Below the pieces are notes generated by a model. The model was not told the origin of the DNA and made no database searches. It saw only the letters and a list, made by a program, of their open reading frames with translations. This document shows, one piece after another, positions 9,125 through 19,682 of a stretch of 64,000 nucleotides of DNA (position 1 is its first letter; every line of letters starts with the position of its first letter). This DNA comes from an uncultured Deinococcaceae bacterium (lineage in GTDB: Bacteria; Deinococcota; Deinococci; Deinococcales; Deinococcaceae). The stretch is from assembly GCA_964252075.1 (NCBI GenBank), contig CAXULY010000008.1:1-64000 (forward strand). Reading direction: 5' to 3'. Position numbers and translations under genes: made by a program.

Positions 9125-10960
9125 ATGATGCCGACCTCCAGGCCCACCGCGCCGGGCTCCCTCTCACCCGAGCGATTGGGGCGCGACCTGTGGCAGACGC
9201 TGGGGCTGGTGTGGCAGGCCAGCCCCCGGCACAGCGTGACCTTCGCGCTCACCAGCCTCATCGCGAGCGCCCTGCCCGCCGCGAACCTGTACGTGGGCAA
9301 GCTGCTGCTGGACGGCGTGGCGCGCGCCATTCAGGGGCACGCCACCTACGCCGCGCTGCTGAGCCTGCTGGGCCTGCAGGTGGCGCTCACCGTGCTGGGC
9401 AGCGTGCTGGCCAGCGTGCAGAACGCCGCGCAGCAGCTCCTCGGGGACAGCCTGCAGCACAGCGTGAGCCGCCGCATCCTCGACAAGGCGGCGGGCCTGA
9501 GCGTGGAGAGCTTCGAGAACGCCGAGACCTACGACGCCCTGCAGCAGGCGTACCGGGAGGTCGGCTCGCGCCCGCTGGGCGTCGCGACGCAGCTCGTGGG
9601 CCTCGCGGGCGCCATCGTGACGTTCGGCTCGGTGGGCGTGCTGATGGCGCGCCTGGGTTTCTGGGTGCTGCCGCTGGTGCTGCTCGCGAGCGTGCCGGGC
9701 GTTTTGGTCAGCAACCGCTTCGGGGTGGAGGGCTACCGCATGCTGCGCCGCCAGACGCACGACGCGCGCGTGCAGAACTACCTGGGGTCCATCCTCACGT
9801 CGGACCAACTGGTGAAGGAGGTGCGGCTCTTTCACTTCGAGCCGTACCTCCTCGCGCGCTGGCGCGATTACTACCTGGGCTTCCGCGCACAGCTCGAAAC
9901 GATGGTGCGCCGCCGCTCCGCGTGGGGCCTCGCGGCGGCCCTCGCGTCCGCGCTGCTGCTCGCCCTCGCGAGCGCGCTCATCCTGCGCCGCGCCGCCGAG
10001 GGGCAGATCACGGTGGGGGACTTCAGCGTGTTCGTGCTGGGCATCTCTCAGCTCCAGGGCACCGTGGCGGGCCTCCTGAACGGCGTGAGCGGCATCTACC
10101 AGAACCTGCTGTACATGCGCAACCTCTTCGAGTTCCTGGAACTCCCGGACCGCGACCTCGACGCGGGCGAGACCTGGGAGGGGCCCATCGAGACCATCGA
10201 GTTCCAGGCGGTGAGTTTCCGCTACCCGCTCACGGACCGCGACGTGCTGCGCGGCCTGAGTTTCACCGTGCGGCGTGGCGAGGCGCTCGCGCTGGTGGGG
10301 GAGAACGGCTCTGGGAAGACCACCACCGTGAAGCTCCTCACGCGCCTCTTCGAGCCGACCGGTGGGCGCATCCTGCTGAACGGGCGGGACGCCGCGCGCT
10401 TCTCGCCGCGCAGCGTGCAGCGGGAGATGAGCATCATCTTCCAGGACTTCGGGCAGTACCAGATGAGCGCGCGGGAGAACATCGCGGTCGCGGAGGTGGA
10501 CCGCCTGCGCGACGAGACGGGCGTGCAGGACGCCGTGGACCGCGCCGGGGCGGCCTTCGTGGAGGACCTCCCGCAGCAGCTCGAAACGCCGCTCGGGCGG
10601 CTCTTCCAGGGTGGGCGGAACCTGTCGGGCGGGCAGTGGCAGCGCCTCGCGCTCGCGCGGCTGTACTTCCGGGACGCGTCCGTGCTGGTGTTCGACGAAC
10701 CCACCGCCGCGCTCGACGCGCGCGCGGAGTTCGAGACGATCGAGGCGCTCAGGCGCCAGACCATGGACCGCATCACGCTGCTGATCTCGCACCGCTTCTC
10801 CACCGCGCGCCTCGCGACGCAGATCATCGTGCTGGAGAATGGCGTGGTGAGCGAGGCGGGCAGCCACGCGGACCTCATGCGGCGCGGCGGGAAGTACGCG
10901 GCGCTGTACAACCTGCAGGCGAGCGGGTACGCGCCGGAACCGGACGCGACCTTGCCATAA
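9125..10960 (+). CDS. ABC exporter, fused permease/ATP-binding protein
   Basis: N-terminal TM domain; GENGSGKT, LSGGQWQR, VFDEPT, SHR. Confidence 0.92.
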   Translation: MMPTSRPTAPGSLSPERLGRDLWQTLGLVWQASPRHSVTFALTSLIASALPAANLYVGKLLLDGVARAIQGHATYAALLSLLGLQVALTVLGSVLASVQNAAQQLLGDSLQHSVSRRILDKAAGLSVESFENAETYDALQQAYREVGSRPLGVATQLVGLAGAIVTFGSVGVLMARLGFWVLPLVLLASVPGVLVSNRFGVEGYRMLRRQTHDARVQNYLGSILTSDQLVKEVRLFHFEPYLLARWRDYYLGFRAQLETMVRRRSAWGLAAALASALLLALASALILRRAAEGQITVGDFSVFVLGISQLQGTVAGLLNGVSGIYQNLLYMRNLFEFLELPDRDLDAGETWEGPIETIEFQAVSFRYPLTDRDVLRGLSFTVRRGEALALVGENGSGKTTTVKLLTRLFEPTGGRILLNGRDAARFSPRSVQREMSIIFQDFGQYQMSARENIAVAEVDRLRDETGVQDAVDRAGAAFVEDLPQQLETPLGRLFQGGRNLSGGQWQRLALARLYFRDASVLVFDEPTAALDARAEFETIEALRRQTMDRITLLISHRFSTARLATQIIVLENGVVSEAGSHADLMRRGGKYAALYNLQASGYAPEPDATLP

Positions 10961-10963
10961 GGC

Positions 10964-11515
10964 TCAGGGGGATTCCTGCTCCAGGCCGCGCAGCAGCGCG
11001 CGCAAGCCGAGCAGCACGCCCCCCTCGGGCTTGTCGTCGGCGTAAGGGGCGGCGGCGTCCAGGCTGACCGCGCCGTGCAGGTACGCCCACAGGGCGACGG
11101 CGGCCTGCGGCGCGAGCGGTCCGCACAGCGGCGTGAGCAGATTCGTGACGAAGGGCCACAGGTCGTTGGTCGCGTCGTGCGTCTTGTCCGGGCGGGGGGC
11201 GGTGGAGAGGGCGTACAGGTGCGGGCGGGTGCGCGCGAAGTGCAGGTAGGCGCGCGCGACAGCCTCCAGGTGCGCGCGCGTACCGTGGGCGCCGGGCGTA
11301 GCCTGCAGGTCGCGCAGCAGTTCCGTCTCGCCGCGCTGCGCGAGGGCGGCGAGCAGGGCGCCGCGGTCAGGGAAGTGCCAGTACAGGGCGTTGGGCGTGA
11401 CCCCTAGGCCGCTGGCGAGCGCACGCATGGTGAGGGCGGCGGGCCCATCGCGTTCGAGGAGCGGCAGGGCGTGGTCCAGGATGGCGTCGGCGCTCGTTTT
11501 GGGCGGCTGCGGCAT
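10964..11515 (-). CDS. TetR/AcrR family regulator (WHG-type C-terminus)
   Basis: LTMRALASGLGVTPNALYWHF HTH; LWAYLHG. Confidence 0.9.
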   Translation of the reverse strand: MPQPPKTSADAILDHALPLLERDGPAALTMRALASGLGVTPNALYWHFPDRGALLAALAQRGETELLRDLQATPGAHGTRAHLEAVARAYLHFARTRPHLYALSTAPRPDKTHDATNDLWPFVTNLLTPLCGPLAPQAAVALWAYLHGAVSLDAAAPYADDKPEGGVLLGLRALLRGLEQESP

Positions 11516-11518
11516 TGG

Positions 11519-11589
11519 TGGACAGTGTACAGCTTGACGCCAGCGTGGTCATGTTGTACGGTGTCCACTATCAAGATATACAGCGTATA
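11519..11589. promoter_or_regulatory. Divergent promoter with three 13-bp palindromic boxes (probable TetR operators)
   Basis: TGGACAGTGTACA 11519-31, TGTACGGTGTCCA 11555-67, TATACAGCGTATA 11577-89; TTGACG-17-TACGGT toward the SDR gene. Confidence 0.6.
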
Positions 11590-11612
11590 CCTTTGGAGTA
11601 AAGGAGCCCCGC

Positions 11613-12425
11613 ATGATCCAGTACGCAGGTCAGACCGCCCTCATCACCGGCGCCTCCAGCGGCATCGGAGAAGCCCTCGCACACGCCCTCGCCGCCCGCG
11701 GCAGCCACCTCATCCTCGTCGCGCGGCGCGAAGACCGCCTGCAGGCGCTCGCCCAGACCCTCAGCGCCCGCCACGGCGTGCAGGCCCACGTGATCCCCGC
11801 TGACCTTACCGCCCCCGGCGCCGCCCAGCGCCTCAGCGAGGACCTCACGCGCCGTGGCCTCACCGTGGACCTCCTCATCAACAATGCGGGCTTCGCCACC
11901 CACGGCGCCTTCGAGGGCCAGTCCCTCGGCCGCCAGCGAGACGAGATCACCCTGAACGTCACCGCCCTCGTGGACCTCACCCACCACCTGCTCCCCGGCA
12001 TGCTCGACCGCGGACGCGGCGGCGTCCTGAACGTCGCCTCCACCGCCGCCCTGCAACCCGACCCCTACATGGCCGTGTACGGCGCCACCAAAGCCTTCGT
12101 GCTGTCCTTCAGCGAGGCGCTGTGGGCCGAGACGCGCGGGCGCGGCGTGACCGTCACCGCCTTGTGCCCCGGCGCCACTGAGACGCCCTTCTTCGACGTG
12201 GTGGGCGCGCAGGAAGCGTCCGTCGGGCGGCGCGACACGCCCGAACGCGTCGCCCACGCGGGCCTGCGCGCCCTGGAGCGCGGGCGCAGCCACGTCATCC
12301 CCGGCGCCGCGAACTACGCACTCGGACAGCTCAGCCGCTTCGTGCCGCGCGCCGCGGCGGCCCTCGTCGCCGCGCGCCTCCTGCGCCCGCGCGGGGCGAA
12401 CCTCACGCCTCAACGCGCGGGCTGA
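11613..12425 (+). CDS. SDR oxidoreductase (DltE-like)
   Basis: TGASSGIG, NNAG, YGATK; AAGGAG RBS. Confidence 0.92.
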   Translation: MIQYAGQTALITGASSGIGEALAHALAARGSHLILVARREDRLQALAQTLSARHGVQAHVIPADLTAPGAAQRLSEDLTRRGLTVDLLINNAGFATHGAFEGQSLGRQRDEITLNVTALVDLTHHLLPGMLDRGRGGVLNVASTAALQPDPYMAVYGATKAFVLSFSEALWAETRGRGVTVTALCPGATETPFFDVVGAQEASVGRRDTPERVAHAGLRALERGRSHVIPGAANYALGQLSRFVPRAAAALVAARLLRPRGANLTPQRAG

Positions 12426-14899
12426 TCGTCCGCTGCCTGCGCCAGCAGGTCCAGAAACACCCGCGTGAGCGCCGGGTCGAACTGCGTGCCCGCCCCGCGC
12501 GCGATCTCCTCGACCGCCCGCGCCGCACTCCACGCGCGCTTGTACGTGCGCGTGCTGATCAGCGCGTCGTACACGTCCACCAGCGCGAACATGCGCGCCA
12601 GCAGCGGAATGCCCTCCCCCGCGAGGCCCAGCGGGTACCCCGCGCCGTCCCACCGCTCGTGGTGGTGGCGGATCAGGAGCGCCGCCTCCTGCGTCACCGG
12701 AATGCGGCGGCTCAGCTCGAAGCCGATCTCCGCGTGCGTCTGCACGATCGCCCGCTCGCGCGGCGTGAGCGCCCCGGCCTTCAGCAGCACCTGATCCGGC
12801 ACGCTGAGCTTCCCGATGTCATGCAGGTACGCGCCCTCACGGATCGCCTCGATCAGCTCCGGCGGCAGACCGAGGCGCTGCGCGAAGCGCTGCGAGAGCG
12901 CAACCACCCGCTCCGTGTGCCCGCGCGTCTCGAAATCCCGCGCTTCCAGCGCGAGGCCCAGCGCGTGCAGGGTGCCCTCCCGCGCGCGGCGCACCACCAG
13001 CGCCTCACCCGTGCGCTCCAGCGAGGTGGCCGCCGCGGACGTCATGGCCTGCGCGAGGCGCACATCCAGATCGCTGAACGGCGACGCCTCGCGCCCCACC
13101 GCCAGCACCCCCAGCACCACCCCCTCCGACGACACGACCGGCGCGTACAAGGTGGAGAGCGACACCGCGAGCGGCTCGTGCTGGTAGCCGCCCACCTCCC
13201 GCCTCGCGTCCCCGAAATGCACCACCGCCCGCCGCTCGAAGGCCTGCCACGACAACCCCACCCCGCGCGCCAGCACCACCGGACGGCTCTCCGCCAGCTG
13301 CCCGCTCGACACGCTCGACACCAGGCAGTCGCTCACCGGGTCGTGGCGCAGGTACGTGGCGTAGCGCGTGACCAGCATCTCGACGGCCTGCTCGGCCAGC
13401 ACGCGCTCCACCACTTCCGGCGTGCGCGCGTGCCCCAGCGCGACATTCAGGGCCGCGAGCGCCTCCAGTTCCCGCTGGCGGTTCGCCTCCCGCCGCCGCC
13501 GCGTGCGGGACGCGAGCAGCGCCGCCATTTGCTCCCCGAACTCCAGCGCCGCCCGCGTGGACGCCGCCGCGAAGGTGCGCCCCGCGCCACCCCCGAAGTT
13601 CAAGTGTGCGACCACCTGCCCCTCCGCCACCAGCGGCACGCACAGCCACGCGCCGTCCGGCTGGGCCGACGCTGCTGGCCAGCGCTCACGCTGGTCCCTG
13701 GCGGGCTCCAGGTGCGCCAGCAGGCGCGCGGGCGCGTCCAGCGTGCGCGGGCGCCCGAGCCGCCACGCGTCTGGCGGCCCGGCGTACCAGTGCAGCGCCC
13801 GCGCCACCGACTGCCAGGCGCCCAGCAGCGCCTCCGGCAGGCCCGACACCGCCTGAAGCACGTACCGGTCGCGCTCCAGCACCAGCAGCGCCCCACGCTC
13901 CGCGCCCGGCACCGCAATCACCGCCGCCTCCAGCAGCGCCGCCCAGTCCAGCCGCCCCAGTTCCCCCTCGGCGGTCAGCAGCGCGAAGGTCGAGCGAATG
14001 GCGCGCTGCAGGACCGCCTGCACCGTGGCACTCGCCTGCCCCGCCGCGCGCGCATCCCCGGAGCGCGCGCCGTGATGCGCGCGCTTCTGGCCGTACATCC
14101 GCTCGTCCGCCAGGCGGACGAGGTCCCCCTGCGACACCGCCTCATCCGGGTACGTGGCGTACCCCGCGCTCACGTCCGCGAAGCGCAGACCCGTCCGCGC
14201 GCGCACCTCCTCCATCGCCGCGCCCACCTTGCGCAGCACCTCCCCGAACGCGCGCGTGTCCGCGTGCGGCAGGATCACCGCGAACTCGTCACCGCCCAGC
14301 CGGTACAGCCGGTCGGACTTCCGGAAGTGCCGCCTCAGGCGCTGCGCGAAGCTCCGCAGCAACTCGTCGCCGCGCTCGTGACCGAACTCGTCGTTCACCT
14401 GCTTCAGCGCGTCGAGGTCCGCCATCACGACCGTCACGGGATACGCGTGCCGCGCTGACCGGGACAGTTCCTGATCGAGGTCTTGGTCGAAGGCGCGGCG
14501 GTTGCCGAGCCCCGTCAGGCCGTCCTGCAGGGCGCGCTCGTGCAGCTGCGTCACCAGCGCCTTGCGCGCGCTGACGTCCCGTACGGTCTCGAACAGGTAC
14601 GACTCGCCCTGCAGCGTCAGCGTGGCGCGCGCCACCTCCAGCGTGAGGGGGGCGCCGTCACGCGCGCGGCGCGCCTCCTCGGTCGGCGTGCGGCGCAGCT
14701 CCAGCACGTCCGGCGCGGCGCCCAGCAGCCGCACCGGCTGTCCGCGCAGCTCATCCGCGTGGTACCCGTGCAGCGCCGCGTAGGTGGCGTTGCACGTCAC
14801 CACCAGCACCTCGCCGCCCGCGCCGCCGAGCAGCAGCGCCGCGCCGTCCGCGCACTGCTGAATGAGGGTCACGATGTCGGTGGGGAGGGGAGCGGTCAT
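12410..14899 (-). CDS. PAS-GGDEF-GAF-GAF-HD-GYP c-di-GMP metabolism protein
   Basis: DGLTGLGNRRAF, RKSD..RLGGDEF, HDIGK, HHERWDGAGYP. Confidence 0.9.
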   Translation of the reverse strand: MTAPLPTDIVTLIQQCADGAALLLGGAGGEVLVVTCNATYAALHGYHADELRGQPVRLLGAAPDVLELRRTPTEEARRARDGAPLTLEVARATLTLQGESYLFETVRDVSARKALVTQLHERALQDGLTGLGNRRAFDQDLDQELSRSARHAYPVTVVMADLDALKQVNDEFGHERGDELLRSFAQRLRRHFRKSDRLYRLGGDEFAVILPHADTRAFGEVLRKVGAAMEEVRARTGLRFADVSAGYATYPDEAVSQGDLVRLADERMYGQKRAHHGARSGDARAAGQASATVQAVLQRAIRSTFALLTAEGELGRLDWAALLEAAVIAVPGAERGALLVLERDRYVLQAVSGLPEALLGAWQSVARALHWYAGPPDAWRLGRPRTLDAPARLLAHLEPARDQRERWPAASAQPDGAWLCVPLVAEGQVVAHLNFGGGAGRTFAAASTRAALEFGEQMAALLASRTRRRREANRQRELEALAALNVALGHARTPEVVERVLAEQAVEMLVTRYATYLRHDPVSDCLVSSVSSGQLAESRPVVLARGVGLSWQAFERRAVVHFGDARREVGGYQHEPLAVSLSTLYAPVVSSEGVVLGVLAVGREASPFSDLDVRLAQAMTSAAATSLERTGEALVVRRAREGTLHALGLALEARDFETRGHTERVVALSQRFAQRLGLPPELIEAIREGAYLHDIGKLSVPDQVLLKAGALTPRERAIVQTHAEIGFELSRRIPVTQEAALLIRHHHERWDGAGYPLGLAGEGIPLLARMFALVDVYDALISTRTYKRAWSAARAVEEIARGAGTQFDPALTRVFLDLLAQAADDQPAR

Positions 14900-15306
14900 G
14901 GGCGCGCGGCCGGGGGCCACCCTCATGGTACGGCCCGCCGCGAGGCGCGCCCGCCCCAACCTGGGCACCCGCCGCCTCCCGATCCGGGAAGGCGCGGGAA
15001 GGTGGGATGCGCGACCGCACCAGGGCCTCCAGAGGCAGCGTGGTCGAGCCGCCCCCGACCACGCTGGACGGCCATCTGACGGTCACCCCACGCGCGGTGG
15101 TTGCATGCCGCGCGACAGGGTTGACTAAATGCATGCTGCCTCATCTCCGCGTTGCGTGCGCGCAGGGGTCCTGGCAGCCCATCCCGGCGAGGGAGCCGCC
15201 CGGACATCCATCTGGACGGAACGCGCGGGAGCGCAATGCTTCATGATTGTTGAAGGTCACTCACGTCACGTGTGCGCTTCCCCTGCCTATCATTGAGGGA
15301 ACGCAC

Positions 15307-18300
15307 ATGACCGCCGAAGCGCCCCCCACTGACCTCCTCGCCCTCCTTGATGGCCTGCTGGACCCGGTCTTTGCGGTGGACCGCCACTGGACGTACACCT
15401 TCGTCAACGTCCAGGCGGCCGCCATCATGGGCGTCACGCCGCAGGACCTGCTGGGCCGTGAGCTGTGGACCTGCTTCCCGGAGGCGCTCGACACCGACCT
15501 GAACACCGAGTACCGCCGCGTCATGGCGACCCGCCAGCCGCGCGACTTCGAACTGCATTACCCGGCGCTGGACGTGTGGGTGCAGGGGCGCGCCTTCCCG
15601 TACGCGGACGGCATCGCCGTGCATTTCCGGGACACCACCGCGAGCCGCCTGGACCGCGAGCGGCGCGAGGCGCTCCTGAAGGTCACCATGGCCCTCGCGG
15701 ACGCGCGCAGCAGCGACGACGCCGCGCAGGCCGCGCTGCGCCTGGGCCTCCCCGCGCTCGGCGCGACTGCGGGCGCCGTGCTGCTCATGCAGGGGCAGGG
15801 CGCCGTGCTGGCGCACCACCAGGGGTATGACGGGCGCGTGGTGGAGCCCTGGCGGTCCTTCATTCCGCTGGACGCACCGCTGCCCGCCATGGTGGCGCTG
15901 CGCACGCGCGAGCCTGTGTTCCTGCGCGAGCGCTCGCTGCCGGACGCCGGCTGGCACCTCAGTGCGGGCCGCGACCCGCGCACGCGCGCGCTGGCGGCCA
16001 TCCCGCTCCTTGCGGGGCAGGAACTGGTGGGGGTCCTGACGCTGTCCTTCGCGACGGACCGCACCTTCAACGACGCCGAGCAGGACTTCATTCGCTCGCT
16101 CGGGGGGCAACTCGCGCAGGCGCTGGTGCGCGCCCGCGCGGCGCAGGCGCACCGTGAGGCGCTAGTCGCGCTGCAGCGCGAGCGCACGCAGCTCGCCGCC
16201 GTCCTCGACCAGCTGCCCGCCGCGGTGTGGCTGGCGGACGCGCACAGCGGTGAAATCCTGATGGGCAACGCCGCCATCCGGGACGTGCTGGGCCTGGACG
16301 CGCACCCCACCACCGACGCCACCGGGCAGCCCATCGGGTACCACCCGGACGGTCGGCCGTACGCGCTGCACGAGTGGCCGCTCAGCCGCACCATCACCAC
16401 CGGCGAGCCCGTGATTGGCGAGGAGATCCAGATGCCGCGCGCGGACGGGCGGCGCGTCACCGTGCGCTTCTCATCCGCGCTGATCCGCGACGACCGGGGC
16501 GAGCCGAGCCTCGCGGTCGTGACGGGGCAGGACGTCACCGCGCTCGCGGACCTCATGCACGGCCTCCGGACGCGCCTGCAGGAGCGGGTGGAGGCGCTGG
16601 ACGCCTTCGTGCAGTTCACGACCGCGTCCGGCACCGCCACCGAACCCCTGGAGCTCGCGCTGCTCGCGGAGCGCACCCTGCGCGCCACGCTCGGCGAGGT
16701 GGACGTCGGGTACTACGAGTGCCGGGACGACCGCTGGCGGGCACAGGTGTGCTCCGACACCATCCCCGAGGCGGTGCAGGTCCTCATGCGCGCTGGGTTC
16801 CAGCGTGCCACCCCAGTGTTCGTGGAGGCGGAGGGGGCGGATGAGGCGGTCTTCCGCGACGACTGGAACGGGGACGCCGAGGGGCTGCCCGGCACGCGTG
16901 CGTTCGGCGCAACGGGCCTGCACGCCATCCGCGTGAACGGCGTCCCGCAGGCCATGCTGGCCATCACGACCACCATCCGGCGCAGCTGGTCGGCGCGCGA
17001 GCGGGCGGTGTTCGCGGCGGTGGCGCGCAGTCTCACGCTGGCGCTGGAGCGCGCCGCGCTCGGCGCGCAACTGCAGCGCCAGAACGCCCAGCTGGCCGCC
17101 CGCTCCCGCGCGCTGGAAGGCTTCGCGGAACTCACGCGGCAGCTGAACGTGCAGGCCCGCCCGGACGCGCTCGCGCAGCGCGCCGCGGACGCCCTGCTGG
17201 CCCTGCTGCCGGACGGCTGCGTGGTGTACTTCGAGCGGGACGGCGGGCGCTGGCAGCGCCGCGCGCAGGCGGGTGACCTTCCCGACGCGGCCCTCGGGGC
17301 CGCCATCGCGGCGGGCCTGCCGGTGGACCGCACGCCCAGCCTGACCGGACCTCACGAGGCGGGTGGGGCGGCCTACCAGGACCTGTACGACCCTGAGATG
17401 GACCACCTGGCGGCGGAGGCGCGGGCGGTGCGGGCCACCGCCGCGCTGCCCGTGCGCGTGAACGGCGCGCCCGCGGGCGTCATCTTCTGCGCGCTGCGCG
17501 CGCCGCGGGCGTGGAGTGCCGAGGACCGCACCGTCATGGAGTCCATCGTGCGCAGCCTGGGGCTCGCCATCGAGGGCGCGGAGGCCGCGCGTGAGCTGCG
17601 CGCCCGCCAGCACGAGGTGGAGAACCGCAACGCGATTCTGGAGGCCTTCGCGCGCCTCGCGCACGACCTCGCCTTCGAGACGGACCCCTACACGCTGGTG
17701 CGCCGCGCGCAGGAGATCCTGCTGGACCTCCTGCCGGATGGCCAGGCGGTGTACCTGGAGCCCGAGGGGGACCACTGGGCGCCGCACGCGTGGTCCGGCG
17801 CGCAGCACACCGACGGGCCCCCACCGGGGGACCTACCGGCCGACACGCCGCTCCTGCAGGCCGCGTGGGAGCGCCGCCAGCCGCAGTACCAGGACGACCC
17901 CGCGTGCGGCGGCGCGGCGCCCGCCCGCGTGCACACGCAGGTGGCGCTGCCCGTGCTGGTGAACGGCGCGCCGCAGGGCGTGCTGCTGGTGGGGCTGTTC
18001 GAGGCGCGCCAGTGGTCCGCCACGGACCGCGCGCTGCTGGAAACCACCGTGCAGCACCTCGGGATGGCGCTGGAACGCGCGGTGATCGCGGGCGAGGTGG
18101 CGCGCCAGCGCGCCGAACTGGAGCGCGCAAACGCCGAACTGGACGCCTTCGCGTACAGCGCCTCGCACGACCTGCGCACACCCGTGCGGCACATCGAGGG
18201 CTTCACGCGCCTGCTGCGCGAGGCGCTCGGGCCGGACCTGCCGGGTTCCGCCGCGAAGTACCTGGGCGTGTTGGACGCCAGCGGCAAGCGCATGGGCAGC

Positions 18301-18819
18301 CTGATTGACGCGCTGCTGGAGTTCTCCCGCACCAGCCGCAGCCCGCTCGCGCCAACCAGCGTGAACCTCGCGGAGGTGGTGGCGGAGGTGCGCGCGGAAC
18401 TGGCGTTCGATCAGGCGGACCGCCACGTCACGTGGCGCGTGGGGCGCCTCCCGACCGTGCGCGGGGACCGCGCACTGCTGCGGCAGGTGGTCGGCAACCT
18501 GCTGGGCAACGCCCTGAAGTACTCCCGCACGCGCGACGAGGCGGTCATCAAGGTGAGTGCCGAGCGCCGGGACGGCGCGTGGTGGATTTCCGTGCAGGAC
18601 AACGGCGTGGGCTTCGACGAGCGGTACGCCGACAAGTTGTTCGGGGTGTTCCAGCGCCTGCACCGCAACGAGGAGTTCGAGGGCACCGGCGTGGGCCTCG
18701 CGACCGTGCGGCGCATCATTCAGCGGCACGGCGGGGAGGTCTTCGCGCGCAGCGTGCCGGACGAGGGCGCGACCTTCGGCTTCTCCCTGCCGAGCCCACG
18801 CGGGGCGCACGCGCCTTGA
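15307..18819 (+). CDS. Multi-sensor (PAS/GAF) histidine kinase
   Basis: N-terminal PAS, several GAF repeats, FAYSASHDLRTP H-box, NLLGNALKY, DNGVGFD, GTGVGLA. Confidence 0.92.
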   Translation: MTAEAPPTDLLALLDGLLDPVFAVDRHWTYTFVNVQAAAIMGVTPQDLLGRELWTCFPEALDTDLNTEYRRVMATRQPRDFELHYPALDVWVQGRAFPYADGIAVHFRDTTASRLDRERREALLKVTMALADARSSDDAAQAALRLGLPALGATAGAVLLMQGQGAVLAHHQGYDGRVVEPWRSFIPLDAPLPAMVALRTREPVFLRERSLPDAGWHLSAGRDPRTRALAAIPLLAGQELVGVLTLSFATDRTFNDAEQDFIRSLGGQLAQALVRARAAQAHREALVALQRERTQLAAVLDQLPAAVWLADAHSGEILMGNAAIRDVLGLDAHPTTDATGQPIGYHPDGRPYALHEWPLSRTITTGEPVIGEEIQMPRADGRRVTVRFSSALIRDDRGEPSLAVVTGQDVTALADLMHGLRTRLQERVEALDAFVQFTTASGTATEPLELALLAERTLRATLGEVDVGYYECRDDRWRAQVCSDTIPEAVQVLMRAGFQRATPVFVEAEGADEAVFRDDWNGDAEGLPGTRAFGATGLHAIRVNGVPQAMLAITTTIRRSWSARERAVFAAVARSLTLALERAALGAQLQRQNAQLAARSRALEGFAELTRQLNVQARPDALAQRAADALLALLPDGCVVYFERDGGRWQRRAQAGDLPDAALGAAIAAGLPVDRTPSLTGPHEAGGAAYQDLYDPEMDHLAAEARAVRATAALPVRVNGAPAGVIFCALRAPRAWSAEDRTVMESIVRSLGLAIEGAEAARELRARQHEVENRNAILEAFARLAHDLAFETDPYTLVRRAQEILLDLLPDGQAVYLEPEGDHWAPHAWSGAQHTDGPPPGDLPADTPLLQAAWERRQPQYQDDPACGGAAPARVHTQVALPVLVNGAPQGVLLVGLFEARQWSATDRALLETTVQHLGMALERAVIAGEVARQRAELERANAELDAFAYSASHDLRTPVRHIEGFTRLLREALGPDLPGSAAKYLGVLDASGKRMGSLIDALLEFSRTSRSPLAPTSVNLAEVVAEVRAELAFDQADRHVTWRVGRLPTVRGDRALLRQVVGNLLGNALKYSRTRDEAVIKVSAERRDGAWWISVQDNGVGFDERYADKLFGVFQRLHRNEEFEGTGVGLATVRRIIQRHGGEVFARSVPDEGATFGFSLPSPRGAHAP

Positions 18820-18976
18820 CGCGGCGTTTAGCGCGTTCTGCCGTGACCTGAGAAACTCCTGTGCGTCACTTGGGCGGACCTGAGCGGTGGGGCGCGCGCC
18901 CGCCGCTCAAATGAACCTGCGGCGGGCGCGCTGGGCACCTGATCCCGGGCACCGCTGCGCACCCTGAGGAGGCAGC

Positions 18977-19630
18977 ATGGAAGCGGGAAGGCGAGGGCTG
19001 GGGGGCGCTGGAACGAACCGCGCCTGGATGTCGGACGACGACGGGCGCTCAAGTCTGTTTCCCGTCCTGCTGGGCGGCGCGGTGATCGCGCTGAGCGGCG
19101 CGGTCATGGTGCGGCTGCTGCGCAGCGTGGCGCCGCAGGGGGCGCTGCAGGTGCAGCGCGCCGTGACGGTGCAGCGCGCCGCGCCAGAACTGTACGCGCT
19201 GTGGCTGGACCCCGCCACGCCGTCCGCCATCATGGGGGACGCCGTGCAGGTGAGCACCACGGACGGGCGTCGCCTGCAGTGGTCCGCGCGCCTGCCCGGC
19301 GGGAAGGACCTGCAGTGGCAGACGCAGGTCACCGACGACCAGCCGGGCCGCCTGCTGCGCTGGCGCAGCGCGGACGACGCGCCCGTGCAGCAGACCGGCG
19401 AGGTGCAGTTCCGCGCGGCGCCCGGTGACCGCGGCACCGAGGTGACGCTCCGCATGCAGTTCGAGCCGCCCGGCGGGGTGCTGGGCGCGCTGGGAGCGAA
19501 AGCCCTGCACGCCCTGCCGGAGCAGCTCACGGGCGCGGCGCTGCGGCGCTTCAAGAACCTCGCGGAATCCGGCGAGATTCCCCGCACGGCGCCCAACCCG
19601 GCGGCGCGCGGCAGCGGGCAGGGCCACTGA
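18977..19630 (+). CDS. SRPBCC (polyketide cyclase-like) protein
   Basis: LRWRS...GEVQFRAAPGDRGTEV...LRRFKNLAESGEIP; GAGGAG RBS. Confidence 0.85.
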   Translation: MEAGRRGLGGAGTNRAWMSDDDGRSSLFPVLLGGAVIALSGAVMVRLLRSVAPQGALQVQRAVTVQRAAPELYALWLDPATPSAIMGDAVQVSTTDGRRLQWSARLPGGKDLQWQTQVTDDQPGRLLRWRSADDAPVQQTGEVQFRAAPGDRGTEVTLRMQFEPPGGVLGALGAKALHALPEQLTGAALRRFKNLAESGEIPRTAPNPAARGSGQGH

Positions 19631-19682
19631 CGACCGCTCACCGCGGCGCGGCGACCACCGCGACCGCACGCAAAGGAGACGC

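Noticed and set aside
15307..18819. Bacteriophytochrome call for the kinase
   Set aside because: The kinase core is similar, but no chromophore Cys or DIP/PASDIP GAF-PHY motifs are seen
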